Shown here: positions 46,782 to 55,402 of the stretch, one piece after another
Layout: every line of letters begins with the position of its first letter
Position numbering within the stretch: position 1 is the first letter of the stretch
Source of the DNA: a virus
Lineage: Duplodnaviria; Caudoviricetes
Strand: one strand, 5' to 3'
Virus record (IMG/VR): IMGVR_UViG_3300045284_000107
Location: 10,101-74,100 of that record
DNA length: 64,000 bases
Notes under the pieces: model-generated
Databases searched by the model: none
Seen by the model: only the letters and a program-made list of their open reading frames with translations
What the model was told of the DNA's origin: nothing
Translations under genes and position numbers: made by a program

Positions 46782-48014
46782 TTATTGGATCCGTCTTGCA
46801 GATATATAACCCACCGCGGTACAAGTCCCCGTAAAGGTGCCCTGCACTACCAGATACACATTTGTATTGGCACTTACATTCACTCGGGTAGGGCCGGTCT
46901 GCATTGTTTGGACCTGGCCATTTGCAAACGTAAGCCTGTATTGGGTCATTGCACCCGTACCGGCGGCAAGTTGGGCCGGGGTGGGTAGGGTCGCAGATGT
47001 TGTAGAAATACCCGCACCCAATGCACTTGGCGCGCCAGATGGTGTAAAAACCACAACCCCCGCAACAGTCCAATCTCCAGGTGTCAAAGGCAACGTACCC
47101 AAATTTAAAGTCACAGTGGTTGTTAGCGGGGTAGCGGTTGGGACACTTAGAGATAATTGTTCGCCGCGAAAACCTGCGGGAGTATTGCCAGCATTAGTTA
47201 TGCCTCGCAAAACTATCGTGTCAGGAACGAGGGTTAGATTGTCCGTTCCTAACCGGGCGAGGTTTCCGGCATTTGCACTTATAGCTGTAGGACCAGCCGG
47301 ACCTGCGGGACCAACACTTCCGTTTGTACCATTGGTGCCGGGGGTTCCGGTATCACCTTTGGGTCCGGCAGGACCAATTGGGCCTTGTGATCCCGTAAGT
47401 CCTATAGGGCCTTGTACGCCTGGATCTCCAGTATCACCTTTTGGGCCTATTGGACCCTGAACTCCGGGGATACCTTGTGGACCCGGCACTCCTTGTTCAC
47501 CTTGGGGGCCTTGTACGGCCCCCATCCTAATCCAACCATCCGGCGACAGAACTGTACCAACCCACAAATAAATATCATCCGTAGGAATATGGACAAGGCC
47601 TTGCCCATTTTCCATCTGAAAACTTATGGGTGGTTTGTTTGGAGCATCCCAATCCTTGTCAAAGTATCCACTGGGAGGCAGGGCACTTGGTGGTTTAGTA
47701 CCAAAACTCCCAATTACGGCTACGGTTTCGCCAGCGGGGCCTTGTGGACCTTCAGGTCCAGGTACACCTTGCGGGCCTGGTGGTCCCTGCGGTCCTACTG
47801 TACCAGTTCCCCCCTCGGGGGTGCCAGTGTCAGACCACATACTACACCAATCACCCTCATCCACTCTGGGCCATATAGTCCCAGATGCAAAACCTGAAGG
47901 TGAAGGCGCGCTATAATGGCATTCGTTACCAATGCCAAAATAGCAAGTCTTACAGGTAGCCCCTGTTGGGGGCGCTACAAGTCGTGGCTGAATTTCGGAT
48001 CTGGAGGTTTGCAC
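46782..48014 (-). CDS. Collagen-like fibre protein A
   Basis: Two Gly-X-Y blocks; N-terminal CxxC..C..WP...WC motif. Confidence 0.75.
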   Translation of the reverse strand: MQTSRSEIQPRLVAPPTGATCKTCYFGIGNECHYSAPSPSGFASGTIWPRVDEGDWCSMWSDTGTPEGGTGTVGPQGPPGPQGVPGPEGPQGPAGETVAVIGSFGTKPPSALPPSGYFDKDWDAPNKPPISFQMENGQGLVHIPTDDIYLWVGTVLSPDGWIRMGAVQGPQGEQGVPGPQGIPGVQGPIGPKGDTGDPGVQGPIGLTGSQGPIGPAGPKGDTGTPGTNGTNGSVGPAGPAGPTAISANAGNLARLGTDNLTLVPDTIVLRGITNAGNTPAGFRGEQLSLSVPTATPLTTTVTLNLGTLPLTPGDWTVAGVVVFTPSGAPSALGAGISTTSATLPTPAQLAAGTGAMTQYRLTFANGQVQTMQTGPTRVNVSANTNVYLVVQGTFTGTCTAVGYISARRIQ

Positions 48015-48027
48015 TTAATTGGTCCCC

Positions 48028-48777
48028 CTACCTGACCCGACGGGCACAAATGTACCCCTTAGAAAGTACAGTAGATGCCCCTGACGCAAAAGCGGTTTGG
48101 GCCACTAAGTACAGATCCAAAGGGGCCGCCGAATTTGACCTGCACTGGCCGGTCATTAGGACTTGGCGTTGCCCACTCGTAAGTGCCGTTGTGGTAAACA
48201 TATTTAGAATGCCCACCCCAGTCATTAGATCGTCTTGATTGGGCAATTCATTTGGGTGGACACTCACACTTGCGGCGATCATATTAGGACTTACATTGGA
48301 CGGGGGCAAGAAATCTACCGATCCCCAAATCTCCCAGTCCCCAGGTGTAAGGTGGATAGAACAAATCTGGGTGGGGGTATCCGCGGCCATCTGGACCCCG
48401 ACCACATTACTTGTGACCTTGTATTCTCCAATTGTTCCGGGCGCACCCTCGGAACCATCTACTACACCCATAAACACAGACGTTTGGGGAACCAACAACA
48501 ATTGGTCCGTGCCTAATTTGGCTACGTTGCCTGCATCTGTACTTACAGCCGTAGGTCCGGGCGGTCCTTCTGGTCCTGCTGGTCCCACTTCTCCACCCCC
48601 ACTTCCACTTGACCACTTACTGCACCAATCTGTACGTTTTATTCGGGGCCACGCAGCGGTAGATTGGAAACCTGCGGGTACTGGCGCGCCATAATGGCAC
48701 TGACCGTCAATCTCGAAGAAACAATTCCCACATCTTGGGGTGGGATCTACGGCTACGGCCCGGGATTGCATTACCAA
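48028..48777 (-). CDS. Short collagen-like fibre protein B (paralog of A)
   Basis: Same N-terminal Cys motif; shared GPTA.S..AGN.A.LGTD linker and C-terminal domain. Confidence 0.7.
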   Translation of the reverse strand: MVMQSRAVAVDPTPRCGNCFFEIDGQCHYGAPVPAGFQSTAAWPRIKRTDWCSKWSSGSGGGEVGPAGPEGPPGPTAVSTDAGNVAKLGTDQLLLVPQTSVFMGVVDGSEGAPGTIGEYKVTSNVVGVQMAADTPTQICSIHLTPGDWEIWGSVDFLPPSNVSPNMIAASVSVHPNELPNQDDLMTGVGILNMFTTTALTSGQRQVLMTGQCRSNSAAPLDLYLVAQTAFASGASTVLSKGYICARRVR

Positions 48778-48924
48778 TCCGCCAAGTCGTGAGGAATAAA
48801 TGGCGCCTGACCCTTTTGTGTCAATGCACGCAAAGGGAATGGTGGCGGGGACTTTGGTTCTACAGTTTTGGGCGCCAATGGTACATGACCAATTGCATTG
48901 TCCAACTGTTGCAGCACTTCCCGA

Positions 48925-49311
48925 TCACTCAAGGGCTTCGGTGTCGCGACTTTCGACAACGTAGAATTGATCTCCGTCATTAACTTTTCGCCCCTGCCCA
49001 TTCCTGAACCTAATGGTCCGTTGCTGGACAGGGTGTCGCAGCCATTGGTCCCACACAACAAGTCCCTCAGAAACCTCTCGGATAAAGATCGCTGCGTGCG
49101 ATCGTCCATCTGTGTGGTTTCCATACGTACCATTCTGATCAAATGTAGCAATTGCCGTTCCCGGTTCGACATTCGATCCTCGTACTTTGTCGCCGGGTTG
49201 CCACTGGGAAGTATGAGGACATCCCGTACATTCTTGGACATATCGGACGCATTGTCCATTGTGAACCACCTGACCCTGGTAAGTCTCGGGATCGTCAGAA
49301 ATATATGGCAT
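48925..49311 (-). CDS. Tae2/Dae2 (BPSL0067)-type peptidoglycan amidase; probable endolysin
   Basis: GQCVRYV (catalytic Cys), W..G..V, GTAIATF, SHAAIF (His), VWDQW. Confidence 0.8.
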   Translation of the reverse strand: MPYISDDPETYQGQVVHNGQCVRYVQECTGCPHTSQWQPGDKVRGSNVEPGTAIATFDQNGTYGNHTDGRSHAAIFIREVSEGLVVWDQWLRHPVQQRTIRFRNGQGRKVNDGDQFYVVESRDTEALE

Positions 49312-49937
49312 CAGTGTGTTGCCAACTTTTTTGCGATTTCGCGCGCAGCACCCACAGCCACATTCTCATTAGAATTATCTGTAGGAGCAGCCCACGCCAA
49401 GTAAATGACTCCAACAAACGACTCTGGATTTGGGGGGATGGGAATGGCGCATCCACGTTTCATACCCCTCTCTGCAAGACGCCGCGCTACAGGTGTACCG
49501 TCGGAATTTAGATTTACACAAACCGGAAACCCCTCAAGAATACCCACGAGGTTTCGTATATCAGATGCGTGATCCATTATGGGTAATCGGCGCGGGGTGG
49601 GAATGACGGGTCTTTCACCATCATGCCGCCGGGCTGCAAGGAACCACTGAGAGTTAGAGGGAAGATCAACGGCCCAGATTTGAACAAGGTCGGCGTCCGT
49701 TTCCGTAGCAAGTTTCTCCAATGCACTTGGAATTTCTTGTGTTTTAAGTTCAGGGCTAGACGGGGTAAGCCAGGCCTCGAACAGTTCGTTTCGTTTGTCA
49801 TAAATTATGTACCCAATACCCAAGAATAAAACCAATAAAATAACAACAAAGGCTTTCCACGGCCGATCCATATAGGAAAGGAATTTGGAAATTAAATCCC
49901 CAATCCACGACTTAGACCCTTGATCTGGAGTGGACAT
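49311..49937 (-). CDS. Probable holin of T4 gpT type (one TMD plus GAF-like domain)
   Basis: Single N-proximal TMD; C-terminal GCAIPIP...FVGVIYLAW...AAREIA; TGATG coupling to the amidase. Confidence 0.55.
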   Translation of the reverse strand: MSTPDQGSKSWIGDLISKFLSYMDRPWKAFVVILLVLFLGIGYIIYDKRNELFEAWLTPSSPELKTQEIPSALEKLATETDADLVQIWAVDLPSNSQWFLAARRHDGERPVIPTPRRLPIMDHASDIRNLVGILEGFPVCVNLNSDGTPVARRLAERGMKRGCAIPIPPNPESFVGVIYLAWAAPTDNSNENVAVGAAREIAKKLATH

Positions 49938-49943
49938 TGGCCA

Positions 49944-51638
49944 TTACGGTACGAGACCAGTGGACAATTGAAGCATTAACTGGACCAACGGCATCGTAGA
50001 TTGTTGTTGTACAGACTCACCCCCAAAAGTAACCATGTTGCCCAAGACAGGATCCACATCTACAGCCACCGCCACGGACGTGTTGGACATATCTGTCAAT
50101 ACATATGTCATGCCGGTAGGGGTCGTGATCTTTGTAATGCCAACAGGTAAATCTAAGTTTTGGACCAGGATCGGCGGATGGCCACTGGGACTATCGGAGG
50201 CATCTGTTAATTGACCTATCAATTGAAAGGGGCCGCCCGTTCCCTGATTTATCCAAAAATGGTCCTTATCACCCCAAAACTGAAAGGTTTGTGGACCCCA
50301 AAAATCCAATGCAATAGATGGATCTTGCGGGCCTAACCATGAACTAATAAACAAACGCCGCGAATTGACCGGAATAATTTGCTCTGGTGTGTTGTTTATA
50401 AGTGATAGGCCTGGAATAATCCATACATCGGCGCAATCCATTATAATTCCACTGGACGAACCGTCATTGCCGAACCAAAATGGCAAACCAATCGTCACAA
50501 TATTAAATGAATAAGTCCCGGTGTCTACAACTTGAGTGGGGGTAACTTTTACGTCGTCGATATATAAGGCAACTTTGCGACCCCCAGATCCGGCGCCCAC
50601 ATGTCCAGAATATAAAATGTGGTGCCACTGTCCCGGTGTGAAGGGGCCTGTACCTGGAGGATCAGATATATTTAATTCGGCGGTCTGACCAAAACCTTCA
50701 CCCTTGAGATTAAACGCATATCCTCCACTACCATGAAGATTAAAATTGGACCAATACCCCCCTTCGGGGTCTATCACTGCAAAGGCAGAATTAGGACTCG
50801 TCGGATACAATTTAAACCAACCGGAGATCGTGATCGCAATATCATCGCCGCCAGTGACAGAGGGATTTTTCATCCATGTCTGACCATCAAAATGTACCGC
50901 CTTTGCATGGTATGGGATGCTGGGACTAGAATCTGAGTCTATCAAAGCGCCCAGAACCGTAAACGAACCCCCTGACCCTTGATTTTGCCAGAAAGTACTT
51001 GCCCCACCACTAAACAACATCGCGGAGGGAGGAAAGCCCATTGGATCCTGAGGCAATCCCTCACTAGAGATAAAGATCCGCCGTGTCGCTTCGGGAATAT
51101 CCCCTCCTGTAAGTAAACTTACGCCGGGGGCAATCCATATGTCCGCAAAGTCCCCCACACTATAATCTGCAATGCCATCTCCCAAGACCCTAACCGGGCG
51201 TTGATCGTTGGCCATAATGAATGGATTATTATTGTCTTCAAAATTGGGATAAGTACCAGAAATGTCAATGTCGTCAATATACAGTTTGAAGATTTTTTGT
51301 CCTGCGGGCGCATTCGTGTCTACGGTCATCAAAACATGATGCCACGCCGACTCATATACAGGTTCCGGATCAGGATACTGTGTAATGACCGCATTATCGT
51401 AGGCCAGGTCAATGAACAAAAACATAGGATCGCAGGGCTTACCGCCCTGACCATTTATGATTGACCAATAAAAATTATCGGGATCTATGACTAGGAAACA
51501 TCCCGATTGGCCGGGCGCACCTAGCCAGTTTTTGGCCCAAAACGATACCGAATAGAAATTACTATTGGGCGCATTTATATTGGGACAATCAAGACAGGTC
51601 GCCCCATCTAGATGGACCGCTTTTGCTGTATATGGCAT
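49944..51638 (-). CDS. Tandem LamG/ConA-like domain virion protein
   Basis: Two repeats, each PY.AKAVH.DG...W(Q)H(H)(V/I)L...NQG.GG.F...SPS. Confidence 0.75.
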   Translation of the reverse strand: MPYTAKAVHLDGATCLDCPNINAPNSNFYSVSFWAKNWLGAPGQSGCFLVIDPDNFYWSIINGQGGKPCDPMFLFIDLAYDNAVITQYPDPEPVYESAWHHVLMTVDTNAPAGQKIFKLYIDDIDISGTYPNFEDNNNPFIMANDQRPVRVLGDGIADYSVGDFADIWIAPGVSLLTGGDIPEATRRIFISSEGLPQDPMGFPPSAMLFSGGASTFWQNQGSGGSFTVLGALIDSDSSPSIPYHAKAVHFDGQTWMKNPSVTGGDDIAITISGWFKLYPTSPNSAFAVIDPEGGYWSNFNLHGSGGYAFNLKGEGFGQTAELNISDPPGTGPFTPGQWHHILYSGHVGAGSGGRKVALYIDDVKVTPTQVVDTGTYSFNIVTIGLPFWFGNDGSSSGIIMDCADVWIIPGLSLINNTPEQIIPVNSRRLFISSWLGPQDPSIALDFWGPQTFQFWGDKDHFWINQGTGGPFQLIGQLTDASDSPSGHPPILVQNLDLPVGITKITTPTGMTYVLTDMSNTSVAVAVDVDPVLGNMVTFGGESVQQQSTMPLVQLMLQLSTGLVP

Positions 51639-51692
51639 GGGGAGACTGAGGCCCGCTAAGTTCGGGGTTGACTCGCGGGCCTCAACCCCTTC

Positions 51693-51917
51693 CTATGGCA
51701 CTAGGCCGGTGGAAGTCTGAAGCAGGAGTTGGGCCATCGTCTTCATCGCATCAGAACGGACCCCCGTACCTGTGAGAGTGGTTGTGTTGCCGGTGATTGG
51801 ATTATTTGTGACTGCGAGGGTGGCACTTGTACCCCTACTATCCGTAATAGTGTAGGTGGTCACGGCTCCAACTACCGCTTTGCTGGTATAATTGTTTGAG
51901 CCTTCATTTGCTGGCAT
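51693..51917 (-). CDS. 74-aa Thr-rich protein, paralog of the LamG protein's C-terminus
   Basis: Ends AQLLLQTSTGLVP versus VQLMLQLSTGLVP. Confidence 0.65.
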   Translation of the reverse strand: MPANEGSNNYTSKAVVGAVTTYTITDSRGTSATLAVTNNPITGNTTTLTGTGVRSDAMKTMAQLLLQTSTGLVP

Positions 51918-52686
51918 TTGACATCTCCTCTGGATAAGCCAGGACGTTGAGTTCGTTACTTTCGAAGTGGTACTTTAGCGGGGCCAAGAAATCCTTTATG
52001 TTGTCTAGGCCACACTTGATCCACTCGATATGAAGCACAGGACGGTGCTGTGAAATGGTCTTGGATGCCCCGCTCAGAACTTCCATCTCCATACCTTCAA
52101 CATCTATCTTTAAAAAGTCGGCGCGGTCCAACCCTAAGTCATCAATCGCAAACATCCTAATGTCCACGAGATCCTTGTCCTGATAGGACACTGACTGGCC
52201 GATATACTCGGTCAATTCATTACGCCGAAGTTCTAGACTGCCAAACGAACCTGGAAGTTGGTAATTGGGCAATGGCATTCTAAAGTGTCCAGTTTGGGCA
52301 CCTAGGGCTACGTTCATTGCGCTAACATTAAATAAATTATTAAGGCAAATGTTGCCGCATAGAGCGTAATAAAGACGTTCTTGGGCCTCGAAAGCATACA
52401 CACGGCCCCAGTCCGTAGTGTGTTTAGCCATTTCAAGGGTCATGACCCCAATGTTAGCGCCGCAATCCAAAATGACAAGGTGGCCACTACGATTTTGGTG
52501 AAGAAGGTCCAAAATGGACAACAATGTCTGAATTTCGCCTCGGTCATAAGCCCCATTTCCTAATATCTGCGCCCCAACACCATATATTCCACCATTTTCT
52601 AATTGATGATAATCTGTGCGGCATACAATCATTGGGCCGTGATCTGAAGCGGCCAAAACAAACGGAATGGGGTGCAATTTAATCAT
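51904..52686 (-). CDS. FkbM-family methyltransferase
   Basis: LDCGANIG, YAFEAQ, FLKIDVEGME..VL.GA. Confidence 0.88.
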   Translation of the reverse strand: MIKLHPIPFVLAASDHGPMIVCRTDYHQLENGGIYGVGAQILGNGAYDRGEIQTLLSILDLLHQNRSGHLVILDCGANIGVMTLEMAKHTTDWGRVYAFEAQERLYYALCGNICLNNLFNVSAMNVALGAQTGHFRMPLPNYQLPGSFGSLELRRNELTEYIGQSVSYQDKDLVDIRMFAIDDLGLDRADFLKIDVEGMEMEVLSGASKTISQHRPVLHIEWIKCGLDNIKDFLAPLKYHFESNELNVLAYPEEMSNASK

Positions 52687-52885
52687 GGTACAACTTTGCG
52701 CGTACCGCACAATCCTTTGCCTCTAAAAGTTTTCTCAAGGCTGTGGTACGTTCAGGGTTTCGGGGCAAAGTCTCAACAATCCACTCTGCAATGGAACAAA
52801 ACGGATTACTAACCGATTGTAGTGTGGCGGGCAGGTGGCTGTATTCAAAAAATTGTAGCATGGGTTCGCGGGTTTTATCGCTCAT
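52679..52885 (-). CDS. Small conserved helical phage protein
   Basis: FFEYSHLP..LQ.VS.PF...A......P..PER..ALRKLLEAKDCAVRA. Confidence 0.75.
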   Translation of the reverse strand: MSDKTREPMLQFFEYSHLPATLQSVSNPFCSIAEWIVETLPRNPERTTALRKLLEAKDCAVRAKLYHD

Positions 52886-54285
52886 GCTGCTAAGGCCTTG
52901 TCACGTTTTTTCATCATATGTTTGATTTCATTTGTGGCACTTATGAGTTGATCTTGCCAATTGCCCGGCTCGGTCTGAGGCATAATTTCCATTGTTTCAT
53001 ACCAAGGAAGTCCTGATCCTTCGTATAGGTTCCACCACCGCCAGCAATGTTGGAATTGTGCCAACATTATGGTAGGTTTGCCCATTCCTGCTGCCAAGTG
53101 AGCAATTGCAGTATCAATGGTCACAACTGCGTCTAATTTGGCCACAAACGCGGCAGTCTCGGCCCAATTGGACAATTTAGGTGTAATGTCACGGATTAGA
53201 GCCTGGGAAATATAATCATGAGGATCTTTGTCATCTTCGTCCTGGCGTTTGTATAAGGACCACAATTGCACGCCGGGGATCTCCGCCAAGCGGAACCATT
53301 CTTTTAGGGGTGTGAGACGTCGCCTCCAATCCATTTCATTTCCGCGCTTGCCCGAGGCCCAACAAATACCCACGTTGAAGTATTTTTTATCAACGGGCGG
53401 AACTACTATCTGTGGGGGTTTTAGGTAGGGCTTTGAAGATATTTTGTCTTGCGTGATTTGGAGGTGCCGCATTGCCGAATACAAGGGCGAATGATACTCA
53501 AACGCATCCATGTTGCTATCGGTCATGTCTTCGATCGCAAGTACAGATTTCACGAAGTCTTGAGCGAGGAAGAAATCGCAAAGTGATCGGGGGAGGCCCA
53601 AAGTAACCCGCGCTCCGCGCGCAAGTAAATCCTTAGTAAACCTCGCCGTCATTATAGTATCGCCATACCCTTGCTCATGATGCAAAAGTATCCGTTTTCC
53701 ATCTAGGTCTTGACCAGTCCATTCCTGAATGTGATAATCCCACGGCGGCAGATGGTTCATTCCCCACCAGCGGACCTCATACACCTCAAGTGCGGCACTG
53801 AGATCCCCATTTGCCAATAGCATGTGGGCTTCGTCATTTAAAAGCGAATTAGACGTATCGCCCATGTCCTTTACGCGCTGAATATACTCCAACGCGCGGT
53901 CATTATCATCCATACGATGGTGTAAAAGGGCCTTATTGTGCCACACAGACCTGTCGTCTGGGACATATGAACCTGCCAAGTCCAACGCTGCCTCTGCCTC
54001 ATCATAGCGTTGAAGGCGGGTCAAAAGATTTCCAGCATTGTTCCATTGGTTGCCATCCAAGGGATTGATGTTTAGGATTTTGCGCGTCAAGGACAATGCA
54101 GCTAACAGGTCGTTTTCTTGGGATAGGATTGGGATTAGATTGGCCAATGGGGGCAAGAACTCTGGATCAGCATGTAGGGCCAGTAAGTATTTCTTTTTGG
54201 CGCCTTCATAATCCCCCTGCACAAACAGGTCTATCCCCTGCCGATTGTACTTATCAGCAGGGGCCAAATCATCATAGAGTGCCAT
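52882..54285 (-). CDS. TPR-repeat + GT9-like glycosyltransferase
   Basis: N-terminal TPRs; HHEQGYGD, VGICWASG, LDAVVTIDTAIAHLAAGMGKP, CWRW. Confidence 0.88.
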   Translation of the reverse strand: MALYDDLAPADKYNRQGIDLFVQGDYEGAKKKYLLALHADPEFLPPLANLIPILSQENDLLAALSLTRKILNINPLDGNQWNNAGNLLTRLQRYDEAEAALDLAGSYVPDDRSVWHNKALLHHRMDDNDRALEYIQRVKDMGDTSNSLLNDEAHMLLANGDLSAALEVYEVRWWGMNHLPPWDYHIQEWTGQDLDGKRILLHHEQGYGDTIMTARFTKDLLARGARVTLGLPRSLCDFFLAQDFVKSVLAIEDMTDSNMDAFEYHSPLYSAMRHLQITQDKISSKPYLKPPQIVVPPVDKKYFNVGICWASGKRGNEMDWRRRLTPLKEWFRLAEIPGVQLWSLYKRQDEDDKDPHDYISQALIRDITPKLSNWAETAAFVAKLDAVVTIDTAIAHLAAGMGKPTIMLAQFQHCWRWWNLYEGSGLPWYETMEIMPQTEPGNWQDQLISATNEIKHMMKKRDKALAA

Positions 54286-54669
54286 TTAGGAACGGCCGGG
54301 TCCAGTATGGGTTGTGGTAGTTTGGCGCGTGGGACCAGATGGACCTGCACTTGCAACACTTGCAGTCCTTGTTGGCCGCTCATCATCATCCTCGCCGCCT
54401 TCGGCGACAATACCCTCCCGTTTGAGACGTTCCTCCTCAGACTTACGAATTACCTCTTGCCGATCCGCCTCTGCTTTGGCCCGTTCTTCAATTTTTTTGT
54501 TCATGTCGGCGACATTCAGGAGGGGAAACGCGACACCGGCGGCGACCAGAGATGGAATATCCTGCGAATCAACTGTGATTAGGCCATCTTCATCACAAAC
54601 CACAACGCCCGAATATTGGGTCTGTATTGTTCCACCGACCCGACTAGCATCCATAAGAACTTGGACCAT
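54286..54669 (-). CDS. Hypothetical head-region protein
   Basis: GGAGGT RBS, MVQVLMDAS...; charged tail. Confidence 0.6.
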   Translation of the reverse strand: MVQVLMDASRVGGTIQTQYSGVVVCDEDGLITVDSQDIPSLVAAGVAFPLLNVADMNKKIEERAKAEADRQEVIRKSEEERLKREGIVAEGGEDDDERPTRTASVASAGPSGPTRQTTTTHTGPGRS

Positions 54670-54683
54670 TTGGACCTCCATAG

Positions 54684-54709
54684 AAAAAAGGCCCCCGAAG
54701 GGGCCTTTT
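54684..54709 (-). terminator. Rho-independent terminator with a C(UUCG)G loop
   Basis: AAAAGGCCCC-TTCG-GGGGCCTTTTTT on the - strand. Confidence 0.85.
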
Positions 54710-54719
54710 AGATTGGGAC

Positions 54720-55361
54720 TTAGGATTTTGAAGGGGTTGGGACTGGCCCAGTGGGAATGCCAACTACGACCCATCCAGTTGTGGGGGTCCACCCCGTCTT
54801 CCACACGACCGGGACAGGTTCCCCACCACTACCCTGCGCGGGGGGAAGTGTATCTGGCAAGTCTGGAACCTGCGCCCAGGGCGGAGAATAGCCGGGATCT
54901 GTGGGCGGCGTGGGAGTTGCCCACGGGGGACTATAGCCAGGATCTACAGGGCCACCTGGAGGCAGAAAGATGGGAAATCCATATCCCGGGTCCTGGTTCA
55001 TACCCCACCAAGGCGGGCGTCCGGGACCAGCGATTGGATTTGTGGGCCTAGGATCATTCGGACCCCAGTATCCCGGCGGGGGAAGTGGAAACCCATATCC
55101 TGGATCGTTGGCCATTCCCCACCAGGGAGGCCGACCTGGACCCGCAATTGGGTTAGTCGGACGTGGATCATTTGGTCCCCAATATCCTGGAGGAATTGGG
55201 TGTCCATAGCCGGGGTCATTTGCCATTCCCCAACCGGGAGGGCGTCCCGGTCCAGCAATTGGGGGTGTAGGTCTGGGATCATTTGGTCCCCATATCCCAA
55301 GTGGCGGTTGGGGCGGGGCGGTTCCCCCATAGGGGGTAATTAGTGCCAGAAAGGGTTCCAT
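54720..55361 (-). CDS. Pro/Gly-rich repeat protein
   Basis: Three ~37-aa WGPNDPRPT.PIAGPGRPP.WGM..DPGYG repeats and two DPGYSPPWA repeats. Confidence 0.7.
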   Translation of the reverse strand: MEPFLALITPYGGTAPPQPPLGIWGPNDPRPTPPIAGPGRPPGWGMANDPGYGHPIPPGYWGPNDPRPTNPIAGPGRPPWWGMANDPGYGFPLPPPGYWGPNDPRPTNPIAGPGRPPWWGMNQDPGYGFPIFLPPGGPVDPGYSPPWATPTPPTDPGYSPPWAQVPDLPDTLPPAQGSGGEPVPVVWKTGWTPTTGWVVVGIPTGPVPTPSKS

Positions 55362-55382
55362 GTATTGGGGTTCCTAATTCCT

Positions 55383-55402
55383 AATTGTCGCATGTCGGGG
55401 AT
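55383..55402 (-). promoter_or_regulatory. Candidate late-promoter motif, copy 2
   Basis: AATTGTCGCATGTCGGGGAT, 18/20 identical to 60179-60198. Confidence 0.5.

Noticed and set aside
48771-49259. 162-aa ORF overlapping the amidase as a possible embedded spanin
   Set aside because: No lipobox, signal peptide or TM segment
54890-55300. Spaced direct repeats resembling a CRISPR array
   Set aside because: In-frame 111-114-nt coding repeats with synonymous changes and no unique spacers
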